A stretch of DNA of 64,000 nt from an uncultured Nitrospiraceae bacterium (GTDB lineage: Bacteria; Nitrospirota; Thermodesulfovibrionia; Thermodesulfovibrionales; Dissulfurispiraceae): assembly GCA_963727805.1 (NCBI GenBank), contig CAVSHF010000005.1, forward strand, positions 736,001-800,000, given 5' to 3'. Positions 43,649 through 54,609 of this stretch are shown piece after piece; the first letter of the stretch is position 1, and each line of letters begins with the position of its first letter. The position numbers and the translations under genes are program-made. A model generated the notes under the pieces. That model did no database searches, had not been told where the DNA came from, and saw only the letters and a list, made by a program, of their open reading frames with translations.

Positions 43649-43912
43649 TTATTCGATAATTCCTAAAAGATCTTCTTCTTTGACGATGAGGTATTCGACA
43701 TCGTCGATCTTTAGTTTCGAGCCCGAATATTTGTCAAAAAGCACAACATTTCCGGCCTTCACCTCTTTAACATCCACGCCGACTGCCTCAACAGTACCCT
43801 TCTGAGGTTTCTCCTTGGCGACGTCCGGAACATAGAGTCCGCCGGCTGTCTTTTCCATTGACTCTTCGGAATACTTGATAACTACCCTGTCCTTGAGCGG
43901 TTTGATTTTCAT
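43649..43912 (-). CDS. groS: Co-chaperonin GroES (short, 87 aa)
   Basis: KPLKDRV, TAGGLYVP, KEKPQ, KEEDLLG; directly upstream of groL. Confidence 0.95.
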   Translation of the reverse strand: MKIKPLKDRVVIKYSEESMEKTAGGLYVPDVAKEKPQKGTVEAVGVDVKEVKAGNVVLFDKYSGSKLKIDDVEYLIVKEEDLLGIIE

Positions 43913-43950
43913 AACCTGCCTCCTTTTTTAATGTTTGTGATAAAACGTTA

Positions 43951-43977
43951 TTAGCACTCAATGCTGGTGAGTGCTAA
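43951..43977. promoter_or_regulatory. CIRCE element (HrcA operator)
   Basis: Exact TTAGCACTC-N9-GAGTGCTAA upstream of groS. Confidence 0.97.
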
Positions 43978-44217
43978 TATAACCTGAAAGCGGATATCTA
44001 ATCAAGCACAACCACAGCTCAATAAACCGGTTTATTGCTATTTTATGCTATTTTTTGATATTATTTGCTCAATTTCTCTTAATTTTAAAAATGACGCTCG
44101 AAATCTAATCTTCACTCGTCCATCAAAAGACGTCGAACTGGCTAAAAAGCAAGAGTGTTGCGCTTTCCGGACTTAAACTGGCAAATAAAATCTTATTAAT
44201 GATAAAATTTCAGAATT

Positions 44218-45024
44218 ATGATTACGCTGGGATTTTCCCCATGCCCAAATGACACATTTATCTTTTATGCGCTCGTGAACAGAAAGATCGATACGCTCGG
44301 ACTCAACTTCGGTCCACATATTGAGGACGTGGAGACCCTTAACCGTCTAGCTATGGCAAAAAACCTCGATGTGACGAAGGTATCCTGTCATGCCTTCCAT
44401 CGTTTGCAGGATGACTATCTTTTTTTGAGGTCCGGTGGGGCTTTCGGGCGCGGCTGTGGGCCCCTCATTGTTGCAAAAGAGTCATACCGTGAGAAGGACC
44501 TTAAGGGAAAGAGCATCGCCATCCCCGGCGAAATGACCACAGCGTATCTTCTGCTGAAGCTTTTTTTCGATGCGGCCCTTGATACCAAGCCTTCGGCAAT
44601 CGTGCCGATGCTTTTCCATGAGATTCCGGCAGCGGTCAGAGACGGCAAAGTTGACGCCGGACTAATCATACATGAAAGCAGGTTCACCTACCCCGAATGT
44701 GGCCTGTCAAGGATAGTAGATCTGGGTGAATGGTGGGAAAAAGAAACCGGTCTTCCTATCCCGCTGGGGGGCATCATCGCGAAGAAATCCCTCGGGCCGA
44801 AGATTGCGGTCATCGAAGGTCTCATCAAACAGAGTGTCGAGTATTCGATGGACCACAGAGAGGAAACGATGCCCTTTATTCGAAAATATTCACAAGAGCT
44901 TTCAGAAATCGTTATACATAGTCATATAGGGCTCTATGTAAATGATTTCACCCTCGACATAGGCGAAGAGGGTCATTCATCGCTGCAAGAATTGCTTCGA
45001 CGAGCGCAGAGCGCTGACAGATAA
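44218..45024 (+). CDS. mqnD: 1,4-dihydroxy-6-naphthoate synthase (futalosine pathway)
   Basis: GFSPCPNDTFIF, DVETLN, GRGCGP, IHESRFTY, PIPLGG, HIGLYVN. Confidence 0.93.
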   Translation: MITLGFSPCPNDTFIFYALVNRKIDTLGLNFGPHIEDVETLNRLAMAKNLDVTKVSCHAFHRLQDDYLFLRSGGAFGRGCGPLIVAKESYREKDLKGKSIAIPGEMTTAYLLLKLFFDAALDTKPSAIVPMLFHEIPAAVRDGKVDAGLIIHESRFTYPECGLSRIVDLGEWWEKETGLPIPLGGIIAKKSLGPKIAVIEGLIKQSVEYSMDHREETMPFIRKYSQELSEIVIHSHIGLYVNDFTLDIGEEGHSSLQELLRRAQSADR

Positions 45025-45043
45025 AAAATAAGGAAGGTCTCTA

Positions 45044-46759
45044 ATGTCTCTGTATACTTCAATCGATCAATTTATCAAAGAACCAAAGATCGCCTATTTT
45101 TCGATGGAAATAGGCCTTAAGAACGAGATTAAAACGTACAGCGGAGGTCTCGGCATTCTTGCAGGAGATACGATCAAGTCTGCCGCAGATCTCAGACTGC
45201 CGATGGTCGCGGTTTCGCTGCTGTATAAAAAGGGGTTCTTTAAGCAGGAACTCGATCCCTATGGCAGGCAGATGGAGCTTCCCGACGAATGGAGTCCCGC
45301 CAATTTCATGACGCGTCTCGTCGACCGCGTTACGGTCGGCATTGAATCGAGAGACGTACAGATAGCGCCGTGGCTTTATGTCGTAGAAAGCGCTACCGGT
45401 GGAAAGCTTCCCGTGATCTACCTCGACACGGACCTTCCCGAAAATGCTCCGCAAGACAGGGAGATCACTCTTTATTTATATGGAGGAGATTCCGCATACC
45501 GGCTGAAGCAGGAGATAGTACTCGGCATCGGCGGCACCCGGATACTTGAGCAGCTCGGCTTTGAGATCAAGAAGTATCACATGAATGAAGGCCATTCGAG
45601 CCTGCTTACGGTCGAACTGCTCAAGAGATATAAGAAAAACATAGAGGATGTCTGGGATGAGCGCCTCGTCTGGGACATCGAAAAGGTGAGGGGCCTCTGC
45701 GTCTTTACCACACATACACCTGTCGCAGCGGGCCACGACCGGTTCCCCTATGAACTGGCGGAAAAGATCCTCACCGACATCGAAGTCATCCCGATGCGCG
45801 TGATAAAGGAATTCTCAGGGCCGATTTCCCTCAACATGACGCTCCTCGGCATCAACCTCAGTAACTATATCAATGGAGTTGCAAAAAAGCATGGCGAAGT
45901 CTCCAAGGGCATGTTCCCTGGTTATGAAATACATGCCATCACCAATGGCGTCCATTCGTATACATGGACCTGCGACAGTTTCAAGCGGCTTTATGATAAA
46001 TACCTTCCCGGCTGGGCCAACGAGCCTGAGATCTTCGTCAGGGTCGGTCGCATCCCCGATGAAGAGATGTGGGGGGCCCACATGGAAGCTAAGAAAATTC
46101 TCATCGACTTCGTTAACCGGCAGACGCATGCCGATATGAACTATGACACCCTCACCATCGGATTTGCCCGGCGTGCCACTGCATACAAGAGGGCGGACAT
46201 GCTCCTTTCCGATCCCGAGAGGCTTGCGCGCATAGGAGAAGGAAGAATACAGATCATTTATGCGGGGAAAGCCCATCCGAAAGACGAACCCGGTAAAGAC
46301 CTCATACAAAGGATCGTCGAAATAGGCGAACGCCTGAAGGACCGCGTCAAGATCGTCTTCATTCAAAACTACGACATGGATAAAGCGATGAAGATGATCT
46401 CGGGGGTGGATGTATGGTTGAATACGCCCTTGCGCCCTTACGAGGCATCAGGTACAAGCGGGATGAAGGCCACTCATAACGGTGTGCCGAACTTCAGCGT
46501 CCTCGATGGATGGTGGATCGAAGGGCATATCGAAAACTATACGGGCTGGTCAATTGGCCCATCGTCCGATGTGCCCGCCGACTCTGCGCGGGATGCCGAC
46601 GACCTCTATCACAAGCTCGAAACGGTCATTATTCCCACCTTTTACAGTGACAAGAAGATATGGATCAGGATCATGGAGAACGCCATCGGGAAAAACGCTT
46701 ATTATTTCAATACGCATCGGATGATGCGGCTTTACGTCACGGAAGCATATATACGGTGA
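45044..46759 (+). CDS. glgP: Alpha-glucan (glycogen) phosphorylase, short type
   Basis: YFSMEIG, YSGGLGILAGD, HMNEGH, FARRATAYKR, EASGTSGMK. Confidence 0.92.
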   Translation: MSLYTSIDQFIKEPKIAYFSMEIGLKNEIKTYSGGLGILAGDTIKSAADLRLPMVAVSLLYKKGFFKQELDPYGRQMELPDEWSPANFMTRLVDRVTVGIESRDVQIAPWLYVVESATGGKLPVIYLDTDLPENAPQDREITLYLYGGDSAYRLKQEIVLGIGGTRILEQLGFEIKKYHMNEGHSSLLTVELLKRYKKNIEDVWDERLVWDIEKVRGLCVFTTHTPVAAGHDRFPYELAEKILTDIEVIPMRVIKEFSGPISLNMTLLGINLSNYINGVAKKHGEVSKGMFPGYEIHAITNGVHSYTWTCDSFKRLYDKYLPGWANEPEIFVRVGRIPDEEMWGAHMEAKKILIDFVNRQTHADMNYDTLTIGFARRATAYKRADMLLSDPERLARIGEGRIQIIYAGKAHPKDEPGKDLIQRIVEIGERLKDRVKIVFIQNYDMDKAMKMISGVDVWLNTPLRPYEASGTSGMKATHNGVPNFSVLDGWWIEGHIENYTGWSIGPSSDVPADSARDADDLYHKLETVIIPTFYSDKKIWIRIMENAIGKNAYYFNTHRMMRLYVTEAYIR

Positions 46760-46838
46760 GTTTTGCACTTTAAGAAAATCTGGAGACGCTCATTCTTGTC
46801 TCACTTGTTTTCAATGGGGTAAAGTCAATGGAGGGCTT

Positions 46839-47795
46839 ATGAATATCGGCGAAGAAGCTAAAGAATTACGAAAAATGTGGGGGGGCTTCTGGTCAGCCAG
46901 GGTCATCCTCACAGCCAACAACCTCCGGGTGTTCGATCACTTAAAGACACCCAAAAGCGCCAGCGACATCTCAGGTTTGATAGAAACCGATTCGAGGGCC
47001 ATCGAGATACTGCTGGATTCCCTCACAAGTCTCGGTCTGTTAAAAAAATCAAAGAACACATACCGGAACTCCCCTATGGCCAAGCGCCTGCTTGTCAGCG
47101 GTACACCATATTATCAGGGAGATATTCTTCGCCATGCCGATAACCTCTGGACAAACTGGTCGAACCTCGATGAGATCATAAAGACTGGACAGCCTTCTCG
47201 GAAATCCTTTGAAGCCGATGCCTTCATTAGAGGTATGCATAATATCGCCATCATAAAAGCGAAGGAGGTCGTCAAACGCATGGAGTTAGCGGAAGTCAGA
47301 AAAGCGCTCGACCTGGGCGGTGGACCTGGCACATATTCGCTGGAGATGGCAAAGAAGATAGATTCGGTCACGCTCTTCGATCTCCCTGCAACAATAGCAA
47401 TTGCGAAAGACATACTCGGCAAGGCCGGCATCAGTAACATTTCGTTTATGGAAGGCGATTTTGTCACCGACGATATCGGCAGAGGGTACGACCTCGTCTT
47501 CATGAGTCAGGTGCTTCATGCATTCTCCGGAACCAATAATCTGAAGATTCTCGAAAAGGCCATTAACGCCCTCAACCAAAAAGGCATTATCGTCATCCAT
47601 GAGTTCCGTCTCGAAAAAGACCGAACCTCGCCGGTCCAGAGCACACTATTTTCAGTAAACATGCTCGTCAACACAAACGGAGGCAGGTGCTATTCAGTAG
47701 CGGAAATGAAGGAATGGCTTTCTTCACTGGGATTAAGAAAAGTCGGCAACGTCAAGATGGAGGACACCGTACTGGTCTTTGGGAGGAAAGGATAA
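46839..47795 (+). CDS. SAM-dependent O-methyltransferase with an N-terminal dimerisation domain
   Basis: LDLGGGPG, FDLP, GDF, SQVLH. Confidence 0.88.
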   Translation: MNIGEEAKELRKMWGGFWSARVILTANNLRVFDHLKTPKSASDISGLIETDSRAIEILLDSLTSLGLLKKSKNTYRNSPMAKRLLVSGTPYYQGDILRHADNLWTNWSNLDEIIKTGQPSRKSFEADAFIRGMHNIAIIKAKEVVKRMELAEVRKALDLGGGPGTYSLEMAKKIDSVTLFDLPATIAIAKDILGKAGISNISFMEGDFVTDDIGRGYDLVFMSQVLHAFSGTNNLKILEKAINALNQKGIIVIHEFRLEKDRTSPVQSTLFSVNMLVNTNGGRCYSVAEMKEWLSSLGLRKVGNVKMEDTVLVFGRKG

Positions 47796-47798
47796 AGA

Positions 47799-48566
47799 TT
47801 AAAAGCTGAAGTCATGAAAGGTTAATGATTCCGCATAGAGTGCCGCGCCGAGGGCGGCGAGCATTTCGGGCGTTTTGCCGATGAGGACCGGTCTTTGAAG
47901 ACGCTCCGATAATAATACAGCCAAGCATCTATTCCCCGCACACCCACCTGCAAAGACAATGTCATCACTCGCACCAACTCTTCGGATGAGCGACATGACC
48001 CTTCCAGCGATAGAATCATGGATGGCAGCGACGATCTCCTCCCGTGAAATCCCTTTGGCTATGAGGCTGACCACCTCTGACTCGGCGAAGACCGTGCACA
48101 TGCTGTTTATTTTTAACAACCCTCGTTTGTCTTCACAGGAAGCACCGAATTCCTCGATGGCGTACCCGAGGGTATGGGCCATGATCTCGATGAACCTTCC
48201 GGTACCGGCGGCACACCGATCATTCATCTCAAACCCAGTAACCACGCCACCGTCATCGAGCGCAATGACCTTGGTGTCCTGCCCCCCAATATCGACAACC
48301 GTACGGCATGAAGAAAAAACCGACTTTGCACCGCGTGCCACAGCCTTGATCTCGGTGATAGTGGGGATGTCTCCGTGGACTTCCATAAGGTAACGACCGT
48401 ACCCTGTCGCTACAAGTCGATCGGGAACGGTGCCCGCAATCAGCTTACGGCATGTATGCAGCGGATCATGGCCGGTCTCGCCCTTTTCCGAAGCGACGAC
48501 TCGGCCATCCTCGATCACAATAAATTTAATGTACCTTGAGCCGATGTCGATACCGGCAACTCTCAA
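47799..48566 (-). CDS. ATP-dependent activase (BadF/HgdC/DCCP-R-type ASKHA ATPase)
   Basis: GIDIGS, ATGYGR, DIGGQDTK, NDRCAAGTG, CTVFAESE. Confidence 0.92.
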   Translation of the reverse strand: MRVAGIDIGSRYIKFIVIEDGRVVASEKGETGHDPLHTCRKLIAGTVPDRLVATGYGRYLMEVHGDIPTITEIKAVARGAKSVFSSCRTVVDIGGQDTKVIALDDGGVVTGFEMNDRCAAGTGRFIEIMAHTLGYAIEEFGASCEDKRGLLKINSMCTVFAESEVVSLIAKGISREEIVAAIHDSIAGRVMSLIRRVGASDDIVFAGGCAGNRCLAVLLSERLQRPVLIGKTPEMLAALGAALYAESLTFHDFSF

Positions 48567-49855
48567 GCACCAATCCTCGCATTGATTATTTCGAGGAATG
48601 CCCCTATCCTCGTCCCAAGCTGGCCCATATCTTCCATACTGTAATCGCTTTCAATCCTCAGATATGGAACTTCCATCGCATCGACGACCCTCTTGGCTTT
48701 GAAGGCCTCCATCATATAGGGTGTGCAGAATTGGAGAGCGTAATGTATAACGCCTTGAGCATTGAGCCGAGTCACCATTTCCCGGATATTGTCAAGCCGT
48801 TCGGTATTCGGCGTAAAGCAGGCGCAATCTATGGTCAGAGTTCGCTCGGCAAGCTTGTCGATAGCCTGTTCCACAGAAGAAAAGTTTTCATCGAGCAGCG
48901 TCCTGAAATTACGTTCGCCGACACAGGATTCCTCTCCAACCACCGTTGCGCCACTGCCCTCGATGATAGCGTGGAGCTTCCAGTTAGGAATTGCCATGGG
49001 GGAGCCCGAAATAAGCACTCTTGGACTGCCCTTTTCGGCAACGCCTGAGCCTTCCTTTACACGCCTTTCGAGCTCGTCACAGAGTTCGTTTGTCTTTGCG
49101 GCAAAGCGGATTGGATCATCGTAGAACGACACCTGATTGACCAGCAAGGCATCAAGACCGGAGATGGGTGAAGGATCGGCAGCTCTAACTGCCGACAGCC
49201 GCTGAAGTGCCTTTCTCTTCGCGTTGACGATCTTTGAAGATTCCCTCAGTTTTTCGACCGTGATCTCTTTGTTAGTTAGGAGTTCAAGCTTTTCTGCGAA
49301 GTGTTTTATCTCGTTTCTCCAGAGCCTCCTGCCGTCCTCACCTTTCTTGTTTGGCAGTTCCATGACATAAACCTTTTTAGTAATCTCGTCAAATATCTCA
49401 TAGGCCTTCTTCTTGCCGTCACAGGTCGTCTCTCCGACGATGAGATCGGTCAGTTCGACGTAGGGACAGAGCCCCGCAAGCTTGAACCCAAGAAACGCCT
49501 TTATGAGGGCGCAGGTGTTCCTGGGGACATATTTTTCAGCTTCGTCAGAACCCACATCTGCGCCCGCGCAAAGTCCGATACAGACGCCATCAGCGGCAAG
49601 AATGAGTTCTTCCGGAACATAAACACAGAAAGTTCCAACGATTTTTTTACCGATCTTCTTAGATTCGACGATTTCCTCGATCCGAAGACCGTGAATTTCG
49701 GAGATGACGAAATCGAAATAATCCATCCCTTTGGGCCTGTTCTTCTGGGAGAGGTAAATGTTCTTATAGGCTTCGCCAAGGACCCCCAACAGTCCATCAT
49801 GAGCTTTGAGATTGAGCCCGATAGTACTCCACATTTGCGTATAATCTTTTGCCAC
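48563..49855 (-). CDS. 2-hydroxyacyl-CoA dehydratase-like protein, probably a double-cubane-cluster reductase (DCCP type)
   Basis: Single subunit. SQKNRPKGMDYFDFVISEIHGLR, GTFCVYVPEE, GLC, NTCALIK, CPY, TTCDGKKK, EESC, CACFTPN, QFC. Confidence 0.8.
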   Translation of the reverse strand: MAKDYTQMWSTIGLNLKAHDGLLGVLGEAYKNIYLSQKNRPKGMDYFDFVISEIHGLRIEEIVESKKIGKKIVGTFCVYVPEELILAADGVCIGLCAGADVGSDEAEKYVPRNTCALIKAFLGFKLAGLCPYVELTDLIVGETTCDGKKKAYEIFDEITKKVYVMELPNKKGEDGRRLWRNEIKHFAEKLELLTNKEITVEKLRESSKIVNAKRKALQRLSAVRAADPSPISGLDALLVNQVSFYDDPIRFAAKTNELCDELERRVKEGSGVAEKGSPRVLISGSPMAIPNWKLHAIIEGSGATVVGEESCVGERNFRTLLDENFSSVEQAIDKLAERTLTIDCACFTPNTERLDNIREMVTRLNAQGVIHYALQFCTPYMMEAFKAKRVVDAMEVPYLRIESDYSMEDMGQLGTRIGAFLEIINARIGA

Positions 49856-50262
49856 AGAATCCTCCTTCGAAAAAATAAATTAATTTCGTTGTACTTGCCG
49901 CAAGAGATGGTAGCTGTGATTGCCAAGAATCCCTGACGATAGCACATCTGAAAATAACGTTTAACTGTCGACATTTTCCAATAGTTTGTTTCTATCGCAG
50001 GAGGACTATCATAGTCTGCGCCTATTCGATAATCCATTGATATTCTATAGTGCTAGAAGAGGTTATTACCAAAGAGGGGAATTGCGCATTTACAAAAAAA
50101 AACAGAGGGCATTTTCGTATATTCTCATTATTTATGATGAGTCCGCATCGATGTGAATCAGTCGCAACGAACTCGATCACGAAAATGGGCGAACGCTTCC
50201 TCTAGGACCAACAGTCAGGAGGTTGGGGTATGATTTATACGACAAATCAATTGGGCGATCTT

Positions 50263-51501
50263 TTACACTTCCCTCGCTAGAAGTACAGCATTGGTTCCGC
50301 CGAAGGCGAAGGAGTTCGACATGATAGTCCTAATATTTCTGTCGGTTCTTCCTTCATTAGGGACATAATCAAGGTCGCACTCAGGATCCGGGATGCTCAA
50401 GTTTGCGGTAGGAGGTATTGCCTTATTCCTGATCGCGAGCAAGGAAATGACCAACTCGACCGCACCTCCAGCACCTATGAGATGCCCGTGCATCGACTTG
50501 GTCGAACTCACCGGTACCTTATAGGCCCTGTCGCCAAATGCCTTTTTTATGGCCTGGGTCTCCACAACATCATTTGCCGCAGTTGCAGTTCCATGTGCAT
50601 TAATATAATCCACTGAGTCGGGACCAATTCCTGCTTCATCAAGGGCCATTCGTATTGCCCGTTCCTGCCCGTCGACCGCCGGCCCGGTTATATGATGAGC
50701 ATCCGATGTGGAGCCGTACCCGATCAGTTCTCCATATATTTTTGCCCCGCGCCTTTGCGCTTTCTTCATGTCCTCAAGGACGATCATGGCTGCTCCCTCT
50801 CCAAGGACAAAACCGGTCCTGTTTTTTGAGAAAGGCCTGCAAGAGGCGGCAAGGTTCTCGGGATCTTCCTTTGCCAGGACCCCCAGTGACTCCCAGCATT
50901 TAAAAGAAGTATAGTTCATCATGCACTCTGTGCCTCCAGCAAAAGCGGTGTCCACAAAACCGTATTTGATCTGCCGATAGGCTTCTCCAATTGCTATGGA
51001 AGAGGATGAACACGCCGTTGTATAGGTCAGACAAGGGCCTGAAAACTTATAGTTTATTGAGATATGTGATGCCGGAGCATTGCTCATGATCTTTACGACG
51101 GAGAGAGGGCTCACCCTCGACTTCTCCTCTCTGTATAACTGCATGCAGACAACATCCAGCGACTGTGCTCCGCTCATCCCCGTGCCAATGAATACGCCCG
51201 CACGTCCTTGCTTATCACTATCAAGGGTCAAGCCGGAATCGCTCCACGCCTGTGATGCCGCCGCCAGAGCCATCTGGCTGGCTCTATCGAGTGATACCAT
51301 CTTCTTCGCAAAATATACCAGCGAGTCGAAGTTCACTTCTGCAGCGATCCTTACTGAAAGCTTCTCAGCATAAGCTGAAGAAATCCTCCTTATGCCAGAC
51401 TTCGCGGACATCATATTTCCGAAAAGCTCATCTGCGCTATTTCCCGATGGTGAAATAACTCCCAGTCCTGTAATAGCAACTCTTCTCATGCTCTTCTCCA
51501 C
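50263..51501 (-). CDS. Beta-ketoacyl-ACP synthase (FabF/KAS II family)
   Basis: TACSS, NAHGT, KSMHGH, SNSFAFGG. Confidence 0.92.
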   Translation of the reverse strand: MEKSMRRVAITGLGVISPSGNSADELFGNMMSAKSGIRRISSAYAEKLSVRIAAEVNFDSLVYFAKKMVSLDRASQMALAAASQAWSDSGLTLDSDKQGRAGVFIGTGMSGAQSLDVVCMQLYREEKSRVSPLSVVKIMSNAPASHISINYKFSGPCLTYTTACSSSSIAIGEAYRQIKYGFVDTAFAGGTECMMNYTSFKCWESLGVLAKEDPENLAASCRPFSKNRTGFVLGEGAAMIVLEDMKKAQRRGAKIYGELIGYGSTSDAHHITGPAVDGQERAIRMALDEAGIGPDSVDYINAHGTATAANDVVETQAIKKAFGDRAYKVPVSSTKSMHGHLIGAGGAVELVISLLAIRNKAIPPTANLSIPDPECDLDYVPNEGRTDRNIRTIMSNSFAFGGTNAVLLAREV

Positions 51502-51504
51502 CGC

Positions 51505-51750
51505 CTAAACGCTCCCGTGCTGTTCAGCTACGAGCTTGTCAACCATATTGACGACATCCTGGACGGTATCTATTTTCACATCGCTCTCGGGAATCTTTAT
51601 TCTGAATTCATCTTCAAGGGAGAACAAAAACTCGATCTTATCGAGTGAGTCGATGCCGAAGCTCTCCAATGTTGATTCCGGCGTAAGCAACTCCCTGTTC
51701 AACTCGAGTTTATCGACAAACAATTTCTCGATCTTTTCCAGCGTAGTCAT
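51505..51750 (-). CDS. Acyl carrier protein
   Basis: GIDSLD phosphopantetheine site, LEDEFRIKIP. Confidence 0.9.
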   Translation of the reverse strand: MTTLEKIEKLFVDKLELNRELLTPESTLESFGIDSLDKIEFLFSLEDEFRIKIPESDVKIDTVQDVVNMVDKLVAEQHGSV

Positions 51751-52121
51751 CTTTCCTCCTTGTTATTCCGTCAACTATATTTCATCAGCACCGGACTATA
51801 AACACGATGCCCAATGCAATAAATCAAACGCCAATCCACTCGATTCTACTCTTACTTTCCCTACAAATAAATGCTGCAAATAAAATTATTATTACTTCGT
51901 GAGTTCCTCTTAGTGGAACTGCGATGGCCAGTGAGATATACATTAGACGCAGAAATCACAGCACATCTCCAGCAGATAGATGAGAACACCGATAACAACG
52001 GGAAGAGAATTCCCCTCCCTTTCATCACCCCTGATTATCTCATGTCTCATTGCTTTTTCCCGAGTTTATGCTAAACTGTCCTTTTATTTCTGGATACTGC
52101 GTTGCCACAAATATTCTGTCT

Positions 52122-52343
52122 TCATCCGGCGTCTTTCGTATCTTTTTTCATCTCCTGTTTTTCCCCTCCCGCAGGAGCTGTGTCAATTGACGGCTTATCC
52201 AAATCAGACATCGCTTTTTTGAATTCCCGGATACTTTTACCGATACCGGCACCGAGCTCAGGAAGTTTTTTCGGACCGACAACAAGCAACGCGATGGCCA
52301 ATATGACGATCAAATGCATAGGTTGAAATAACCCTTCAAGCAT
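52122..52343 (-). CDS. tatA: Twin-arginine translocase TatA/TatE
   Basis: TM helix followed by GPKKLPELGAGIGKSIREFKKA. Confidence 0.92.
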   Translation of the reverse strand: MLEGLFQPMHLIVILAIALLVVGPKKLPELGAGIGKSIREFKKAMSDLDKPSIDTAPAGGEKQEMKKDTKDAG

Positions 52344-53220
52344 GTCACTTTCCTCCTCTACATGTTAGCAGTCTATTTATTATACACCAACTTCCGTGAC
52401 TAGTTAATCTTTACTATAATCCATGCACTTGGCTAAATCCCCTTTCGCAACTGTGCAACATCGCATACAGTTTACTTGATAACGATAGCAAACAATGGAG
52501 AACGGAATGTATAAAAGCGAGAATATTTCTTAAGAGTCTTGATAGCGAGGGGATATCATGAAAATCCGCGTTCATGGGCTTGCAATTAGCTTCATTTAAT
52601 ACCATTTCCCTCAGAAATGTTCCTTGACGCCGTGGCCAAATGGCATTTGTTATAAACGTGCTGATGGCCTATCCGGGCTAAATAATCAAAAACTTTTAGC
52701 CTCAATGATGAAAAACAATCACGTAAGCCGTTGGATCACGAGGGGATCTTGTTACAGTTATTCTATCATGATTTCAATTTAAAATAGGCCCCAAGAAGAA
52801 TTTCGTCTGGGTCGCCAGCGGCACCTATATTAAATATTTCAATGCTCATAGAAATTCTATTCTGTCCACTTGATTGACAGCACACTTCAGAAAATGGGGG
52901 CGGGATACCGAATTTTCAGAAACCTGAACGACCCTGGCGCTATTGTATCGTTCTCGCACCCCTTCGCTCTTGGGTATGGACAGGATAGATAGATGGTCAG
53001 ACGCAACGTTCTGATTTGAGAAGCAGGCTTATCTGGCCGTAGCTCTTGCAGAGCCTGAAGGGTGAACCATGATTCCGTACTGACCGTGTTGAATCACTGC
53101 AAGTGGCTGTGCAAGGACAGTGGGGTGTTTCGAGAAATCAGCTTTAGCCTTCGATTTCTCCTATCAGAAGACGGGCATATCACTCGGTGTCTTCAGAGAG
53201 TTCTAATGACTCAGCCCCTC

Positions 53221-53829
53221 TTATTGCCGCTCTTCATGATTTACGGTATAGCTGTCGAGTATCTGTCTTAATTGTCCATTGATCGTTCTTGTATGATTTA
53301 TAAGCGCCTGGACATCCCCCTCTCCATCCTGGATAGCGATAGATGACCTCTTCAAATTATTATCGATCGCATCAGACAACTCCCGCATGGAATCGATATT
53401 CGAGGCGAGGATGTTCTTAAGACGGTTGACCGCTTCGGCAAGGTCTTTTCCTTCATCGTGTTGGCGCAGTTTCATGTTGAAGTCCAGGTCGCCAAGTGCC
53501 ATCTTGTCGATAGTACGCTCGACCCGGTAAAGTGGCCCCACAACACGCTGGGTTAAAAATACCCATATGACCGCCCCAATGATGCCTCCAGAAAGGATTG
53601 ACATCCAGTGCGCCCTGATCACTTCCGACAAGCATAGGTAAGAAGTCTTGCCTGAAGAAAGGCAATTCATGCTAAATGTAAGTTCAGCGCAAAGGCTGAA
53701 TATAGCGGTATTAAGAATACTTCCCAGGATGACAAGGGCAAATAAACTGAGTATACATCTGCCCTGCAATTCCGTCTTAATGAAATAATTTCTCCGTTTC
53801 CACTTCCTCTCCATTATGAGCCCCCGCAT
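53221..53829 (-). CDS. Two-TM HAMP-domain protein (truncated MCP-like)
   Basis: RRNYFIK, two TM segments, GPLYRV...GDL...LRQHDE...LAEAVN. Confidence 0.75.
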   Translation of the reverse strand: MRGLIMERKWKRRNYFIKTELQGRCILSLFALVILGSILNTAIFSLCAELTFSMNCLSSGKTSYLCLSEVIRAHWMSILSGGIIGAVIWVFLTQRVVGPLYRVERTIDKMALGDLDFNMKLRQHDEGKDLAEAVNRLKNILASNIDSMRELSDAIDNNLKRSSIAIQDGEGDVQALINHTRTINGQLRQILDSYTVNHEERQ

Positions 53830-54089
53830 AGCCTTGTCCGCTACTTGATCATCGCCTTTATCCCATTCATCAAAATTAACCCAGTGGTTTTCACCGCATA
53901 AAAAATTCCTCAGAGTACGATGTTGTTATTGTATCACAATCAATCCTGTTGTATTGACAAGCACTTAAGATCATCATACTATGCGACTGGCCCACAAGAT
54001 TGAATGAAGAGAGAGATGGCCAAGCGAGATATTTTGTACCGTATAGTCAGGCAAAAAAGGGGAGATAACAAGCAGCCCTTCCTATCCAT

Positions 54090-54136
54090 TAGCGTCTCAC
54101 CCGGCTTCGATCTGGTGTTCCCGCAGTGAAAGGACG
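54090..54136 (-). repeat. Degenerate direct copy of the tRNA-Glu 3' half (att-like scar)
   Basis: Manual alignment to 54610-54657 gives about 38 of 48 identities. Confidence 0.7.
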
Positions 54137-54609
54137 CGGCTGATTTCAACAAATGAGCCGTAGGCAGCCTGTTTTTACGTTTATGAATTGGGGATCCTAT
54201 CGACCAAGGTTCTTTATGGTGCATGTGGACAACCGCATTGTTGCCGCTACTCTGAGAGGTCAGTTTTCAGAACATAACAGTCATCCAGTGTTGCTTCTTC
54301 GATTCGTGTATCGTTGTCTACAGCTAGGTCTATCTCTTTGCAGATGCTGAGATTCGACCTTATTCTGACATTTTAGAAGTTCACTCTTTTCACAAGATCA
54401 CAAGACACCTACAGCCTTTGTTCGGTAAGTGTTGTTTTCAAAAGGACTGCGGATAGGGCAAGGCTGCAGGATCTATATTCAAACAACATCTAAAGATGCT
54501 TCTAAAGCGTTTCATTCAATCTAAACGAGGGAGCTGGAGCTGTTCTATCAGAAATTCATCACAATAATCAAAAAAAGGAGATGCGGATTCCGTAACCCCC
54601 TGATTTTAT

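Noticed and set aside
52350..53220. About 870 bp gene-free tract
   Set aside because: Read on both strands without finding a supportable ORF, repeat array or ncRNA; may be decayed DNA.
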